Shown one piece after another: positions 36,762 through 46,395 of a stretch of 64,000 bases of DNA (the stretch's first letter is position 1; each line of letters begins with the position of its first letter). The translations under genes were made by a program, and so were the position numbers. The notes beneath the pieces were generated by a model. The model made no database searches. It was given only the letters and a program-made list of their open reading frames with translations, and was not told the origin of the DNA. Source of the stretch: a virus; the IMG/VR virus record IMGVR_UViG_3300025018_001404, positions 13,644 through 77,643 of that record, one strand, 5' to 3'.

Positions 36762-39736
36762 TTCCTATACCTATACATGGCTTCTCCAGCCGCGCCTACG
36801 GGACAACCTTCAGCCCATGGCGGGATCGGGTTTATCATCAGGTCCAAGAACTCTTCCTGGTTGCCGTGGTCTTCATCGACTTCACAGACCAGTTCGTCAT
36901 GGACCGTCAGAACAATGGGGTAGCCTGCGGCTTCAACCCTGACCATGGCTTCCACCATCAGATCACGAGAGATCGCCTGGACAGCGTTCTCTGTCCAGAT
37001 ACCGGCGTAGCCTCTGCAGATGCCCCAAGCACCGCCACGTTTGTTGTCTCGCCCTTCATAAAGGACCTGGGCAGATAATTTACCATTGCCCCACTTATCA
37101 ATCATTTCGATCTGAGGGTTAAAGTACCATAGAATTCGGCCATTTGGAAGAATCATTTGCAGCCACTGTCCAGCCTTATCGCTAATGCAGCGGAATGCGA
37201 GGTTGCGGTATGAGAATGTTTGCCCTTTGTGTCTTATGGCTTTGACGGCGGCATCATCGAGCGCCCACCATAGCGACGTAATAGAAGGGTGCTTCTCTCT
37301 CCAAGATTTCTTGAAGTGTTCAACCTGTTCATCGTTGTATGTATCTGATCGGTCGAAGTTACGCCAAGCACCTATACCTCCAACGTAGCCGAAAGCCAGA
37401 GTGCAGGTTTTGCCAACTTGTCTGTCTGTCTTATCTTTCTTGGTAACAAAACGTCCTAGTACCATCGACGCAGTAGCGCAGTACATGTCATCGAAGCCAT
37501 TATACTTCTCACCTCTAGCGATAGCACTAAACGCTTCTATAAGCCAGTCTTCACCAGCTAACCACGCCAGTACCACCGCCTCAATGGCGCTAAAATCCGC
37601 AACCCTGAGAATCTTTCCAGGCGCGGCTATAATCATGCCACGAAGAGATGACGCGATAGCCTCCATCGGGTCACCAGCCAGAAGGGTAAGGCACTCCAGG
37701 TCGCGGTTCTTGATCGCCTCTATCAGGACATCTATGTCTAGTTCTTCGATACCGCGAGGAAAATTTTGCGGCTGGATTCCCCTACCACTGTTTCCCGTCA
37801 CCCAAACCTTGCCGTTGCGACGGACCAGGAAGAACCCTGTCTTAGTCTCCGCGCAGTACACCCATCCATCGAACTCCTCGGTGGTACGCTCTTTGTCCGG
37901 TCGGTACTCGTTACGGTTGCTAGGATTCAACCAGACATTCAGGATGTGGGAATCGTTCCAGTTCTCTTCGTCGTGGGTCTTAACGGTTACACAGGCAGCA
38001 AGTCCAGAAGTGTGCGCCAGGGCTTGAAGGACATCGACGTTCTGCTTAACGACGCTGCTGTACTGTACTGAGTTAGGTCCAGCGCGATAGCCGTCCCACT
38101 GCTCAAGTTCTTCGAATACGATTGTTGGATCACAGTCAAGGAGCCACCAGCCAAATACCTTCTCCCTAAACATCCTCAAGAACATCGGTAGGTGACGATA
38201 CCGTATAGTTAGGGTCGTTGACCCGTCGCTGTACTCTGCAACAGAGAACACTATTCCGGCTCGACGCAACAGCATCTTACACCGTTGGACCTTACGGTCC
38301 TTCTTGAACCGGAATCGAAGTTGCCCGTCCTGAGCGTAGTGACCATCCGCTTGGGTCATTACCAGTATACGCAACTGGTCGTTGTCTATACTCGGTGTAA
38401 AAGTACGAGTTCCCGTGTACGGCAATTTCACACGCCGATTCAGGTCTTTAACTTCCTTCACATCAAACTTGGTTGTTTTAACGTCCCAAGTCGGCATTTT
38501 ATGCTCGGGCGTCGAAAGTTGGTCAACTCGCTTATTAGACAAGTGGATAAGTTCACCCGTGTACGGAAAGCTAAGAGCCTCGGACTCCTGAAAAGACACC
38601 TGCTCATTCTCATTCCAGCAGGCGATATCCCCACCTTGCCACTCATCCAATCTAACCCAACCATTTGGCGTAAGGACTTCGTGATCGCCAGTAAGGCACC
38701 ATCGACCGGTTCCTGCTCCGTAGTATTGTAGCGTACCCCTGATGCGGCCATCGTCGTTTACCGTCGCCAGGAACTTGGACAACTTGGATACGGAACTGCT
38801 GGAAAGTTGCTGCCTGATCTCAAGGACTCGGCGGCACGGGCCTTCAACCCACTTGAGTTTCAGAAAGTCATCTACGGTGTCTGCCTTGAGATCAGGGATG
38901 AAGACGTTGTTTGCCTCAAGCCACTCCCGCATGGCGGCTACTTGCTTGCCGGTCTGTACCGCGCCTCCGGTGATTTCCTGTAGTTCAGCCGCCAGTCTCT
39001 CGACAGTAGTCTCCACGACCCACTGAGCCGCATGTACGGCCTCAAGATCGATCTGCACCCCTCGCTGGTTGATGACCTGATCCAGCACCCATATCCTGTA
39101 CTCAGGGTCAGGGAGATCACCAATCATCTCTGACAGCGCCTCTTCTGTCCTGACATCCTGGGCGCAGTAGTCGTAGGTTTCCTGGTACAGTTCCGGGAAC
39201 TCTTCCTTCGTGCGCCACAGCACCGGCCACTGGTCTGGTGTCAGGCCTTCGGCTTCGAACCGCTTCTTGTCGGCCTTCAGCGGTCTCCTGGGCTTGGACA
39301 ACTGATCCAGCAGATAGGAGCCGCGCTTGTCCTTCTTCGTCGAGAGGCTGACAACGTCACCGACTTTATCAAGTGCGAGGGGGAGGGAGCGATAGGCGCA
39401 CGATGCCAGGGTGTCTACCCATCTTGACGGCATCGGAATGTGGCGGCGCTTGAGTAGAACATGGTACCAGATGGCCCGCTCGAACTGAGCGTTGTGAGCC
39501 TCAAGCGTCCCGCCGTTGGTGTAGAAATCTATGAGTTCCTGGGTAAACCGCTGATCCGGTGTCCATACTTTTACGTCTTCACCCGGTAGCCTGTACCCAA
39601 GACAAATAATTTCAGTAGAATGATGCTCTGCATATCGCCATGCACCGACACCATCTTTTCCCTTGATCGGGAGTTCAGACCTGGTCTCGAAGTCTACAAC
39701 TGCTCGCGGTGCAATAAGGGCGGCTGGTCTGGCCAT
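36758..39736 (-). CDS. polA: DNA polymerase, family A, with intein
   Basis: DFETRS, AHNAQFER, YCAQDV exonuclease motifs; DFSAIE, RQVGK..LAFGY, ENAVQ, VHDE polymerase motifs. Confidence 0.92.
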   Translation of the reverse strand: MARPAALIAPRAVVDFETRSELPIKGKDGVGAWRYAEHHSTEIICLGYRLPGEDVKVWTPDQRFTQELIDFYTNGGTLEAHNAQFERAIWYHVLLKRRHIPMPSRWVDTLASCAYRSLPLALDKVGDVVSLSTKKDKRGSYLLDQLSKPRRPLKADKKRFEAEGLTPDQWPVLWRTKEEFPELYQETYDYCAQDVRTEEALSEMIGDLPDPEYRIWVLDQVINQRGVQIDLEAVHAAQWVVETTVERLAAELQEITGGAVQTGKQVAAMREWLEANNVFIPDLKADTVDDFLKLKWVEGPCRRVLEIRQQLSSSSVSKLSKFLATVNDDGRIRGTLQYYGAGTGRWCLTGDHEVLTPNGWVRLDEWQGGDIACWNENEQVSFQESEALSFPYTGELIHLSNKRVDQLSTPEHKMPTWDVKTTKFDVKEVKDLNRRVKLPYTGTRTFTPSIDNDQLRILVMTQADGHYAQDGQLRFRFKKDRKVQRCKMLLRRAGIVFSVAEYSDGSTTLTIRYRHLPMFLRMFREKVFGWWLLDCDPTIVFEELEQWDGYRAGPNSVQYSSVVKQNVDVLQALAHTSGLAACVTVKTHDEENWNDSHILNVWLNPSNRNEYRPDKERTTEEFDGWVYCAETKTGFFLVRRNGKVWVTGNSGRGIQPQNFPRGIEELDIDVLIEAIKNRDLECLTLLAGDPMEAIASSLRGMIIAAPGKILRVADFSAIEAVVLAWLAGEDWLIEAFSAIARGEKYNGFDDMYCATASMVLGRFVTKKDKTDRQVGKTCTLAFGYVGGIGAWRNFDRSDTYNDEQVEHFKKSWREKHPSITSLWWALDDAAVKAIRHKGQTFSYRNLAFRCISDKAGQWLQMILPNGRILWYFNPQIEMIDKWGNGKLSAQVLYEGRDNKRGGAWGICRGYAGIWTENAVQAISRDLMVEAMVRVEAAGYPIVLTVHDELVCEVDEDHGNQEEFLDLMINPIPPWAEGCPVGAAGEAMYRYRK
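37790..38698 (-). mobile_element. Intein (303 aa) with LAGLIDADG-like endonuclease region
   Basis: Begins CLTGDHEVLTPNGW; block B LSTPEHKM; ends VYCAET..G.FLVRRNGKVWVTGN followed by Ser; splits TGRW/SGR. Confidence 0.9.
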
Positions 39737-39754
39737 TTTTCCGTCCTGTAAATT

Positions 39755-39907
39755 TCTCTTTTCAGAGAACAGGCCCTGGGTCAGGGGGAGGGAACCGACA
39801 GACTGCGGAGGAGTCGAAGCTACGCAGTAAGGGGCCTGTTCTCAGAGAAGAGAGTGGTTGGAACCGTTTGTGGAACTAAGCGAACTCGGTATCGCCGTCC
39901 CAACCAC
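39755..39907. ncRNA. Putative structured RNA between ssb and polA
   Basis: Long imperfect stem 39755-39777/39831-39853 enclosing two hairpins; second stem GTGGTTGG/CCAACCAC. Confidence 0.4.
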
Positions 39908-39943
39908 AATCTTCAATTCACGTCCTAAGCGAATGGAGAACTC

Positions 39944-40645
39944 TTAGAACGGAATCTCGTCGTCCATGTCCTTGGTCGGGTCGTAGTCGGTTTCGCCGCC
40001 ATCGATACCGTCGAAACGGTCCATCAGGGAGCCACCGCCGCCGATCCTGTCACCCTGCTTCACGAACCGGACCTGGTTCAGGTAGAAGGTGATGTGCTTC
40101 TCGCCGTCCACTTCAATGGCGCGGAGAGACACTTCGGCGTAACCATAGTTGCCGCCGACAAACAGGCCCTTCGCCTTGGACATGCTGGTGTCCAGTTCCC
40201 GCGCCACCGTGACCCAGGTGTTCTTGTCCTTGTACTTCAGGGTCGGCGGGTAGTCCTGCCCGGTCTTGGCGTTGAGGACTTCCATGCCCTCGTAATACTC
40301 GGTGCCCTTCTTGCCTGCCTTCAGTTTCTTGGCATGGATATCCGATCCCTTCTTGATCGGCCAGCGAAGGTCCTTGGCGGCGACAGCTTCCTTGACGTTG
40401 ATGCCGTCCCACTTTTCCTTGGCCACGTCCACGAGCACCTTGCGGATGTCAACTTCAGCCAATTCACCGCTCTCTTCGTCATAGAGGCGGAATTTTGTCA
40501 GGTCATCTGGTTCGAACAGCATTTCGGTATTGTAGGTGGGATCGCCCTTCGGCTTGCCGTTCTGCATGTAAGGACGAGGCTCCAGCAGATTGGGGAACGA
40601 CATACGAAAGGTCGGGGTAATCAGAACACGCGAGCCACTGGCCAT
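39944..40645 (-). CDS. Single-stranded DNA-binding protein (DUF2815/gp2.5-like)
   Basis: R.SFPNL.EP; FYLNQVRFVK.G.RIGG; acidic tail ending DDEIPF. Confidence 0.8.
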   Translation of the reverse strand: MASGSRVLITPTFRMSFPNLLEPRPYMQNGKPKGDPTYNTEMLFEPDDLTKFRLYDEESGELAEVDIRKVLVDVAKEKWDGINVKEAVAAKDLRWPIKKGSDIHAKKLKAGKKGTEYYEGMEVLNAKTGQDYPPTLKYKDKNTWVTVARELDTSMSKAKGLFVGGNYGYAEVSLRAIEVDGEKHITFYLNQVRFVKQGDRIGGGGSLMDRFDGIDGGETDYDPTKDMDDEIPF

Positions 40646-40678
40646 CTGTTTATTCCTGTTTACTAGGGTTACTACTGC

Positions 40679-41833
40679 TTACTCTGAGTCAGTATCCGCC
40701 ATGTCCATGAGCGGTCTTACTGCTTCTCTTTTATCACTGGTTGCAGCGAGAGTCAAGTCAGTCTGGGGTTTATATGCAAACTTTGTCACGAATGTCTTAC
40801 CACCATCCAATTTCTCAATAGCTGGCGGCGTCTTCAGCGACGGTTCTGAATAGGCGTCGTCACCGAATGTCTCAATGAGGGCTTTGTCCGCACCTTCCTT
40901 CCAGACTCTATTCGCTTTTCCATAGACCAGTTTACGACCAGGAATGCTCTCGCCGTTACGCGCACGGGTCAGCGCCAGCCTCTCGACGGCCTGAAAGAAC
41001 TTCACAACCGGGTCCTTCTTATCCAGGATCGCGCCGATTTCCTCAGCGGTCATGTGGACAGGGTCAACCGACGTGTCGAACTCCAGGGCTTCTTTCTTCA
41101 AGGCAGGGCATGTCCCCGCTTCCTTGGCGGCACAGAACCGGCACCATTCACCGATCTGCAGCATGGGATCGTCTTCACGTGTCGCTGCCATCGCAGGCAA
41201 GGATACTTCGAACCACCAGGCATTCAGTTCCTTGGGGCTTGTCACGTACTTGCGGATCGGCCCCTTGGGATGTGGGATTCGCGGCTGGACGATATAGCAC
41301 TCGACCACCTGGACGTCGTCACCGATGGATTCCAGTCCGAGATAGCCGTAATACTTGTTCTGGCTGCTGTCAGGTTCGACAACGACGCCTTCACCGTGCT
41401 TGTAGTCCACGACAATCAGCCGGTCGCCAGGTACATGGATGATCGTGTCACCAGTACCGAAAGCATCCTCATCATAGATGCTGGCCATGCCGTGCTCAAT
41501 CAGCAGACGAGCGCCGGGAAACTGATCCATCTTTTCACGGATGAACGAGACGTAGAGCGAGACCGCATCCGCCATGTCAGGATCGACTTCGAAGGTGAAA
41601 TCCTCGACAGCAATGGACTGGCCGATGAACTCCCAGGTTTCCTTACCCTGCTCCAGAGCCATCGAGCCTACCAGATGAGCGGCAGTACCCTGAGCAGCGG
41701 CTTCATTGGTCTTGTGGGCGCTGTCACCGAGAGCAACCGTCTGCTTCACGGAGCCGGGACAGTTCGACCAGCGAGACATGCTGGAAGCGCCTAGCCTGCT
41801 GTGGCGTACCTCTTCAGTCTGGATAGCGTTCAC
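40679..41833 (-). CDS. Cas4-like/PD-(D/E)XK exonuclease (DUF2800)
   Basis: HSRLGASS..RW.NCPGS, GTAAH, FGTGD, VDYKHG.G, IVQPR, G.WCRFC.A...CP. Confidence 0.88.
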   Translation of the reverse strand: MNAIQTEEVRHSRLGASSMSRWSNCPGSVKQTVALGDSAHKTNEAAAQGTAAHLVGSMALEQGKETWEFIGQSIAVEDFTFEVDPDMADAVSLYVSFIREKMDQFPGARLLIEHGMASIYDEDAFGTGDTIIHVPGDRLIVVDYKHGEGVVVEPDSSQNKYYGYLGLESIGDDVQVVECYIVQPRIPHPKGPIRKYVTSPKELNAWWFEVSLPAMAATREDDPMLQIGEWCRFCAAKEAGTCPALKKEALEFDTSVDPVHMTAEEIGAILDKKDPVVKFFQAVERLALTRARNGESIPGRKLVYGKANRVWKEGADKALIETFGDDAYSEPSLKTPPAIEKLDGGKTFVTKFAYKPQTDLTLAATSDKREAVRPLMDMADTDSE

Positions 41834-41845
41834 GGTTCGACTCCG

Positions 41846-42025
41846 TCAAATACTGGTAACTGGTTTCATATTCTCGATCAGCCTCATAATGTCACCGGCC
41901 TTGTTCAGAGACTGATTCCGAAGGTGTTCCTCGTAAGGGGATGCACGCTCAGACCAAGTCCCGTTCCACGCAGACGGGTCTATGACTTTGGCGATCTCGA
42001 TCATGATGTCGAAAGGTTCGCTCAT
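41846..42025 (-). CDS. Hypothetical protein (59 aa)
   Basis: TAATG-coupled to the upstream gene and fills the gap. Confidence 0.5.
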   Translation of the reverse strand: MSEPFDIMIEIAKVIDPSAWNGTWSERASPYEEHLRNQSLNKAGDIMRLIENMKPVTSI

Positions 42026-42819
42026 TACGCGACCTTCTTGGCCTTGTTTCGCTCGACTTCATCCGCCAGCATGATGCTGAACTTGCCGATGTCAGCCTGC
42101 TTCAGATCGGAGATGCGGGCCACATTGAAGTGGCGAAGGAACTCATGCACCTTCGCGGCCTGGATAACCTTGTCATGCAGGTTCTTGGTCACCGACGCCT
42201 GAATATCGCGGGCAGTCAGTTCTTCAGAATCAGCAGACTTGGCCTTTGTATCGGCAACCTGGGTGCCGCTATCGGGGATATCATCCAGACCAGTGACTAC
42301 CGGCTTCGAAGCAGTAGTGGTACCGCTGTCAGGGATGTCGTCATCCGGAATATCCGCCACGGGGTTCGCCGGGTCCTGACGATCCTCTGGATTGGCGCTG
42401 ATGTTGGACGCCTCTTCCTCGACGGCAGGCTTTTCCTTGGCAGGACGGCCACGCTTGCGATCACTGGTAGCGGCCTCAGCCTTTGCAGCAGCCTGCTCGA
42501 TCAGCTTGTCAGAGAGCGGCTTTTCATCTGCCTTGGCAGCCTGGTCGGCCTTAACGGCGTCCGCGATCTTCTGAACGCTGGTGCGCTCTACCGTGAAGTC
42601 ACCAACGACCAACTTGAGGTTGACGTTCTCAGGAAGGTCGAAACCGAGAGCCGCATATGCCGTGGTGCAGGCCATCCGCATCAGAGTGTTGGCAGCGACC
42701 TGAACATCATCACCCGGCTCCAGGGCAGCAGACAGTTCTACGGTCGGAGCGGCCTTCTCGTAATCCTTCGGCTGCTTCTCACGGGTATATACGACTCTCA
42801 GTCCGTGTACTTCCATCAT
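42025..42819 (-). CDS. Hypothetical replication-module protein with AT-hook-like motif
   Basis: RKRGRPAK; C-terminal F.V.RISDL helical domain; RBS GGAG. Confidence 0.7.
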   Translation of the reverse strand: MMEVHGLRVVYTREKQPKDYEKAAPTVELSAALEPGDDVQVAANTLMRMACTTAYAALGFDLPENVNLKLVVGDFTVERTSVQKIADAVKADQAAKADEKPLSDKLIEQAAAKAEAATSDRKRGRPAKEKPAVEEEASNISANPEDRQDPANPVADIPDDDIPDSGTTTASKPVVTGLDDIPDSGTQVADTKAKSADSEELTARDIQASVTKNLHDKVIQAAKVHEFLRHFNVARISDLKQADIGKFSIMLADEVERNKAKKVA

Positions 42820-42868
42820 CTTGCTCCATGTGTCCCGCTCTTGCGGCGGTAGCGAATCATTAATTGAG

Positions 42869-42897
42869 ATTTTAGGTATCTTTGCCGTCTATGTCAA
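42869..42897 (-). promoter_or_regulatory. Early/middle promoter for replication genes
   Basis: TTGACA-tagacGGCAAagatacc-TAAAAT. Confidence 0.8.
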
Positions 42898-43042
42898 ACA
42901 CTAAATTGGCAGTCTCTGTCTTTTCGCGTGACCGCTTATATGTCCGCTTCGAAATGATCACTCGATGGCGGAAAGCCTTGTTCTCCAGCGATTTGGCGAT
43001 GTTATCTCGCCGCTTCAATGTCCGCTTCTCAGGCGTGGGCAT
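42872..43042 (-). CDS. 56-aa basic peptide, ArfA-like
   Basis: MPTPEKRTLKRRDNIAKSLENKAFRHRVIISKRTYKRSREK...; overlaps the helicase stop. Confidence 0.55.
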   Translation of the reverse strand: MPTPEKRTLKRRDNIAKSLENKAFRHRVIISKRTYKRSREKTETANLVFDIDGKDT

Positions 43043-44618
43043 CGAGCGTTTCGTGGATCGTATGAGTCTTATCCAGCACTACCGCCAGAATACGCTCGCT
43101 CAAACTGCCCTCTACGAGCATGAACTGCGCGACGACGTTATCATGCTGGCCGTGTCTATGAAGGCGATCCAATGCCTGGGCGTTTGTCCCTGGCGACCAC
43201 GCAGGCTCTGCCACAACAACGTGCGAGGCTACTGACTGCAGGCCATCGATACCGAAACCGGCTGCGTCCAACTGACCTTGGAAAACTCTGACTTTCGGAT
43301 TCTTGACAAAGGAATCCACGGCGAATTGCCTGGCGTTAATAGACATGCCACCACGGACTGAGACGATTCCGTAGTCTTTCAAGGCGTCCTGGATCATGTC
43401 CATCACTTCCTTGTGGTGAGCGAACACAACCAGTTTCTCAATTTCCATAACGTCCAGCAGTGTTATCAGGTGATCGATGACGCGAGGGGCCATGGCGATC
43501 CCCATCTCTTTGCGGTACGTGCTGATCTGGCCTTCGATACCCGCTTCGAGGGGGTTCAACAGGTCCTCGATCTTGAAATCCAGCATCTTCTCCCGCGCCA
43601 GTACCTCTTTGATCGCGCCGTTCTGCTCGACGTAAACCATCTCGACTTGCATGTCAGGAAGGTCCTTGAGCACGTCAGCTTTGAGTCGGCGCACCATGAA
43701 GTTGCAGCGAAGCCTGGCACCGAGTTCTGGGAGTCGTCCCCTCAATTCCAGTGCGTGACCATTCGACATCATTCCAGACGGGTTGAACCTGTACTGGAAC
43801 TTCTCCTCGGATAGCCAGTCTACTGCCTCCCAAGCGAGTCCTCGCGCTATCGTGTAGCACTCTCTCGGGCGGTTCAGGAGGGGCGTACCCGTCAGGGCGA
43901 TAAACCTCTCTACATGATTAGAGACATAGTCGGTGAATTTACCGCCGCCAAAAATAGCCCTGCACCGAAGGCTCTCCGGAGACTTCAGCATGTGGGCCTC
44001 ATCCGCGATCACCAGGTCCCACTTCTCAGCGGTCAGGATCGAATGCAACCCTACATGGCGCACAAGGTCGTAGCTAATGACGACGAAATTGGAATACGGA
44101 TTGATCCCATCCTTGGACTTGCCGACGACGTAGGTGGAGACCTTCCGAAGAGTGGACCACTCTCTGATCTGGCGCTGCCATTGCAGGCGGATGCTACCGG
44201 GGACGATCACAAGGACTCGTTGAGCCTCGATCAAGTTTGCGAAGCTGATCGCCTGCGGCGTCTTGCCCAGACCCATGGAGTCACCAAACAGGGTGTGCTG
44301 GCGCTTGCTCGCGTACTCCACCCCGGCGCGCTGAAAAGGCATAAGAACCTTGCCGTTTGGAACAGGTACGTCGAAGTCTGAGTCGATAGCGGATGACGCC
44401 TTGAAGTCCCGGTACAGAGGTTCCAGTTGCTCTCTGGCGTAAGCATCGGCCTGGTCGTAGAACTGCAGTACCGCATAGGGGACATCCGTCACCCATGTCA
44501 GTTCACCATTCGGACCCCGCGCTGTCGTAGACTTCGTCAGGCCTGCGGCTTGGCAAACCTTTTCATCATTGGAGAATAGCGCAAAGGTATTGGTTTTGCT
44601 GATGTACCGTAGGCTCAT
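43029..44618 (-). CDS. SNF2-family helicase
   Basis: DSMGLGKT, DEAH, LTGTP.LNRP, RRLKADVL.DLP, QALDRLHRHGQ. Confidence 0.9.
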   Translation of the reverse strand: MSLRYISKTNTFALFSNDEKVCQAAGLTKSTTARGPNGELTWVTDVPYAVLQFYDQADAYAREQLEPLYRDFKASSAIDSDFDVPVPNGKVLMPFQRAGVEYASKRQHTLFGDSMGLGKTPQAISFANLIEAQRVLVIVPGSIRLQWQRQIREWSTLRKVSTYVVGKSKDGINPYSNFVVISYDLVRHVGLHSILTAEKWDLVIADEAHMLKSPESLRCRAIFGGGKFTDYVSNHVERFIALTGTPLLNRPRECYTIARGLAWEAVDWLSEEKFQYRFNPSGMMSNGHALELRGRLPELGARLRCNFMVRRLKADVLKDLPDMQVEMVYVEQNGAIKEVLAREKMLDFKIEDLLNPLEAGIEGQISTYRKEMGIAMAPRVIDHLITLLDVMEIEKLVVFAHHKEVMDMIQDALKDYGIVSVRGGMSINARQFAVDSFVKNPKVRVFQGQLDAAGFGIDGLQSVASHVVVAEPAWSPGTNAQALDRLHRHGQHDNVVAQFMLVEGSLSERILAVVLDKTHTIHETLDAHA

Positions 44619-45190
44619 GCATTAACCGGATTTTCAGGCGTGTTATCGTTGATCAGCCTCAGCAGCGGCGTACCAACCTTCTTCGGAGTCGCATCCGTAG
44701 GGATGGTTGCAGTCTGCGGGACCTTCCCCATAGGAGTCGGTGCAGGCTTTGGCGAAAAACTCAGGATGTCGAACTGGACACCAGATTCCTTGGACAATGA
44801 AATCGCCAGGTCCTGCTCTTTCTCCCACCCCGCAAGCATCTGGTCGGTTACTACTTTCCTGATCCCTGAGGCGATCACAGTCTTGAAGCAGTTCATGCAC
44901 GGAGCGTGGGTGACGTAGAGCGTACTACCTTGAAGGCTGATTCCCTTGCTGGCCGCATGAGCAATGGCGTTTATCTCAGCGTGGATGACGTAGTCGTACT
45001 TGACCGGGCGTTCCCAGCGAGCAGCCGTCTCCGCGATTCCAGGCGCAAAGCCATTGTAACCCGTGGAGAGAATACGGTTCTCCGATTCTACAATGACCGC
45101 GCCAACTTGAGTATTCGGGTCCTTCGACCTGTCGGCCACTAGGTAAGCAAGAGACATGAAATACCTGTCCCATGGAACAACATCACGCAT
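44615..45190 (-). CDS. dCMP deaminase
   Basis: SKDP.TQVGAVIV, GYNG, HAEINA, PCMNC. Confidence 0.92.
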   Translation of the reverse strand: MRDVVPWDRYFMSLAYLVADRSKDPNTQVGAVIVESENRILSTGYNGFAPGIAETAARWERPVKYDYVIHAEINAIAHAASKGISLQGSTLYVTHAPCMNCFKTVIASGIRKVVTDQMLAGWEKEQDLAISLSKESGVQFDILSFSPKPAPTPMGKVPQTATIPTDATPKKVGTPLLRLINDNTPENPVNA

Positions 45191-45338
45191 GGTAGCCCGC
45201 CTCTTTTAGAATAACGTCGCCTTCTTCATCATACTCAACTGCGGTTACATGAAGTAACGCTATCTGATCATCATCGTAATAAACGTCGCTGTCTAGGTCC
45301 ATTTCGGACAGTGCTGCAATCAATTCACGAACAGTCAC
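45183..45338 (-). CDS. Hypothetical protein
   Basis: MTVRELIAALSEMD.D..V pattern; GTGA coupling. Confidence 0.55.
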   Translation of the reverse strand: MTVRELIAALSEMDLDSDVYYDDDQIALLHVTAVEYDEEGDVILKEAGYHA

Positions 45339-45586
45339 AGCACACTCCTGTAATAATCGCTTCTCAACTGGCGGTCTTCTTCCCTCTGCTCGATGCACCG
45401 GTCGCAAACATCCGCATCCGGGTCGATGGTGAAAAACTTGTCAGGCTCCAGGAACCGTTCCTCGCAGATAAGGCACATAACCGTATGGTCGAAGGGTTGG
45501 AGACCGGCGTCTACCGTGGTGACCAGGTCCAGATCGTATCCGTCCTCATCCTCGTCAACCTGGATGTCAAACTGGAAGTCGGTCAT
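45335..45586 (-). CDS. Hypothetical zinc-ribbon protein
   Basis: CLIC...CDRC. Confidence 0.55.
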   Translation of the reverse strand: MTDFQFDIQVDEDEDGYDLDLVTTVDAGLQPFDHTVMCLICEERFLEPDKFFTIDPDADVCDRCIEQREEDRQLRSDYYRSVL

Positions 45587-45902
45587 TCTTCTCTCCATAC
45601 TTAGACAGGGCTTTAGCCGCCATACGGTCAGCAATATCTGCTCGCGACCGATGGATATCCGCCTGCTTTTCCTTGCGAGCGATAAACGATTCCAGCGCCT
45701 CTGCTAGGGTGGGGCAGGCAAACTTCCGGTATGCATCCTTTAGGACGAACCGCTTTCCGCCAAAACTGCCACGCTTCAGCCAGACACCTCTTGGGGTATG
45801 TTTGATAACGTCGTAGACGGTATAGTAAGTGTCATCGTCCCAGCCGCTTGACTGCGAGAATGCGCGGTCGTCCAGGCGGTACCAAATTTCCGGTTCGTCC
45901 AT
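45567..45902 (-). CDS. Hypothetical phage protein
   Basis: VIKHTP.GVWL...RFVL...RKFA.PT..EALESF.ARK; RBS AGGAG. Confidence 0.7.
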   Translation of the reverse strand: MDEPEIWYRLDDRAFSQSSGWDDDTYYTVYDVIKHTPRGVWLKRGSFGGKRFVLKDAYRKFACPTLAEALESFIARKEKQADIHRSRADIADRMAAKALSKYGEKNDRLPV

Positions 45903-45957
45903 CGACTCCTCATATCCTTGCTACACCGGTCACCTCGCGGGCGACTCAAGAGGCATA

Positions 45958-46016
45958 ATCATACTAAGATTGCAGCCAATGTCAATATTGACTTTCGTGA
46001 CATACATAGGTAGACT
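45958..46016. promoter_or_regulatory. Back-to-back divergent promoters
   Basis: - strand TTGACA-ttggcTGCAAtcttag-TATGAT; + strand TTGACT-N17-TAGACT. Confidence 0.7.
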
Positions 46017-46042
46017 CGCTTCAAATGTGACCGGAGCAAGAT

Positions 46043-46378
46043 ATGAAAATCGCGTTGAGCGACGTAGCCCTCATTTTGAGTGTGCATCCCCGCACTGTTG
46101 TTCGTGCGTTCAAGGAACATGGGATGGAAGTAGGGTACGACTCTGTCGTACAGGTTGACGATGTTGGTAAAGTCTTTGATTTCGATCCGGAATATCTCCG
46201 TCGAGTCGTGTCTCACCAGGACACCCTGTTGAAACCTGCCGACGCCGCAGCCGAACTGTCGCTGGCCTTGAGAACCTTCCGCTACCGGGACTACCCTGTG
46301 CTGATCAGCAAGAATCGGGTGGTTCGGTACTCCCGCAATGACATCGTCAAATCGCACCTCGCTAACTACCTCCTCTAA
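46043..46378 (+). CDS. Tandem HTH DNA-binding protein (excisionase/MerR-like)
   Basis: LSDVALILSVHPRTV and LLKPADAAAELSLALRT...VVRY. Confidence 0.7.
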   Translation: MKIALSDVALILSVHPRTVVRAFKEHGMEVGYDSVVQVDDVGKVFDFDPEYLRRVVSHQDTLLKPADAAAELSLALRTFRYRDYPVLISKNRVVRYSRNDIVKSHLANYLL

Positions 46379-46395
46379 GCGAAGGAACCTCGGTA

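Noticed and set aside
40679-41833. CRISPR-associated Cas4
   Set aside because: Standard DUF2800 phage exonuclease next to SSB and PolA; no cas genes or array.
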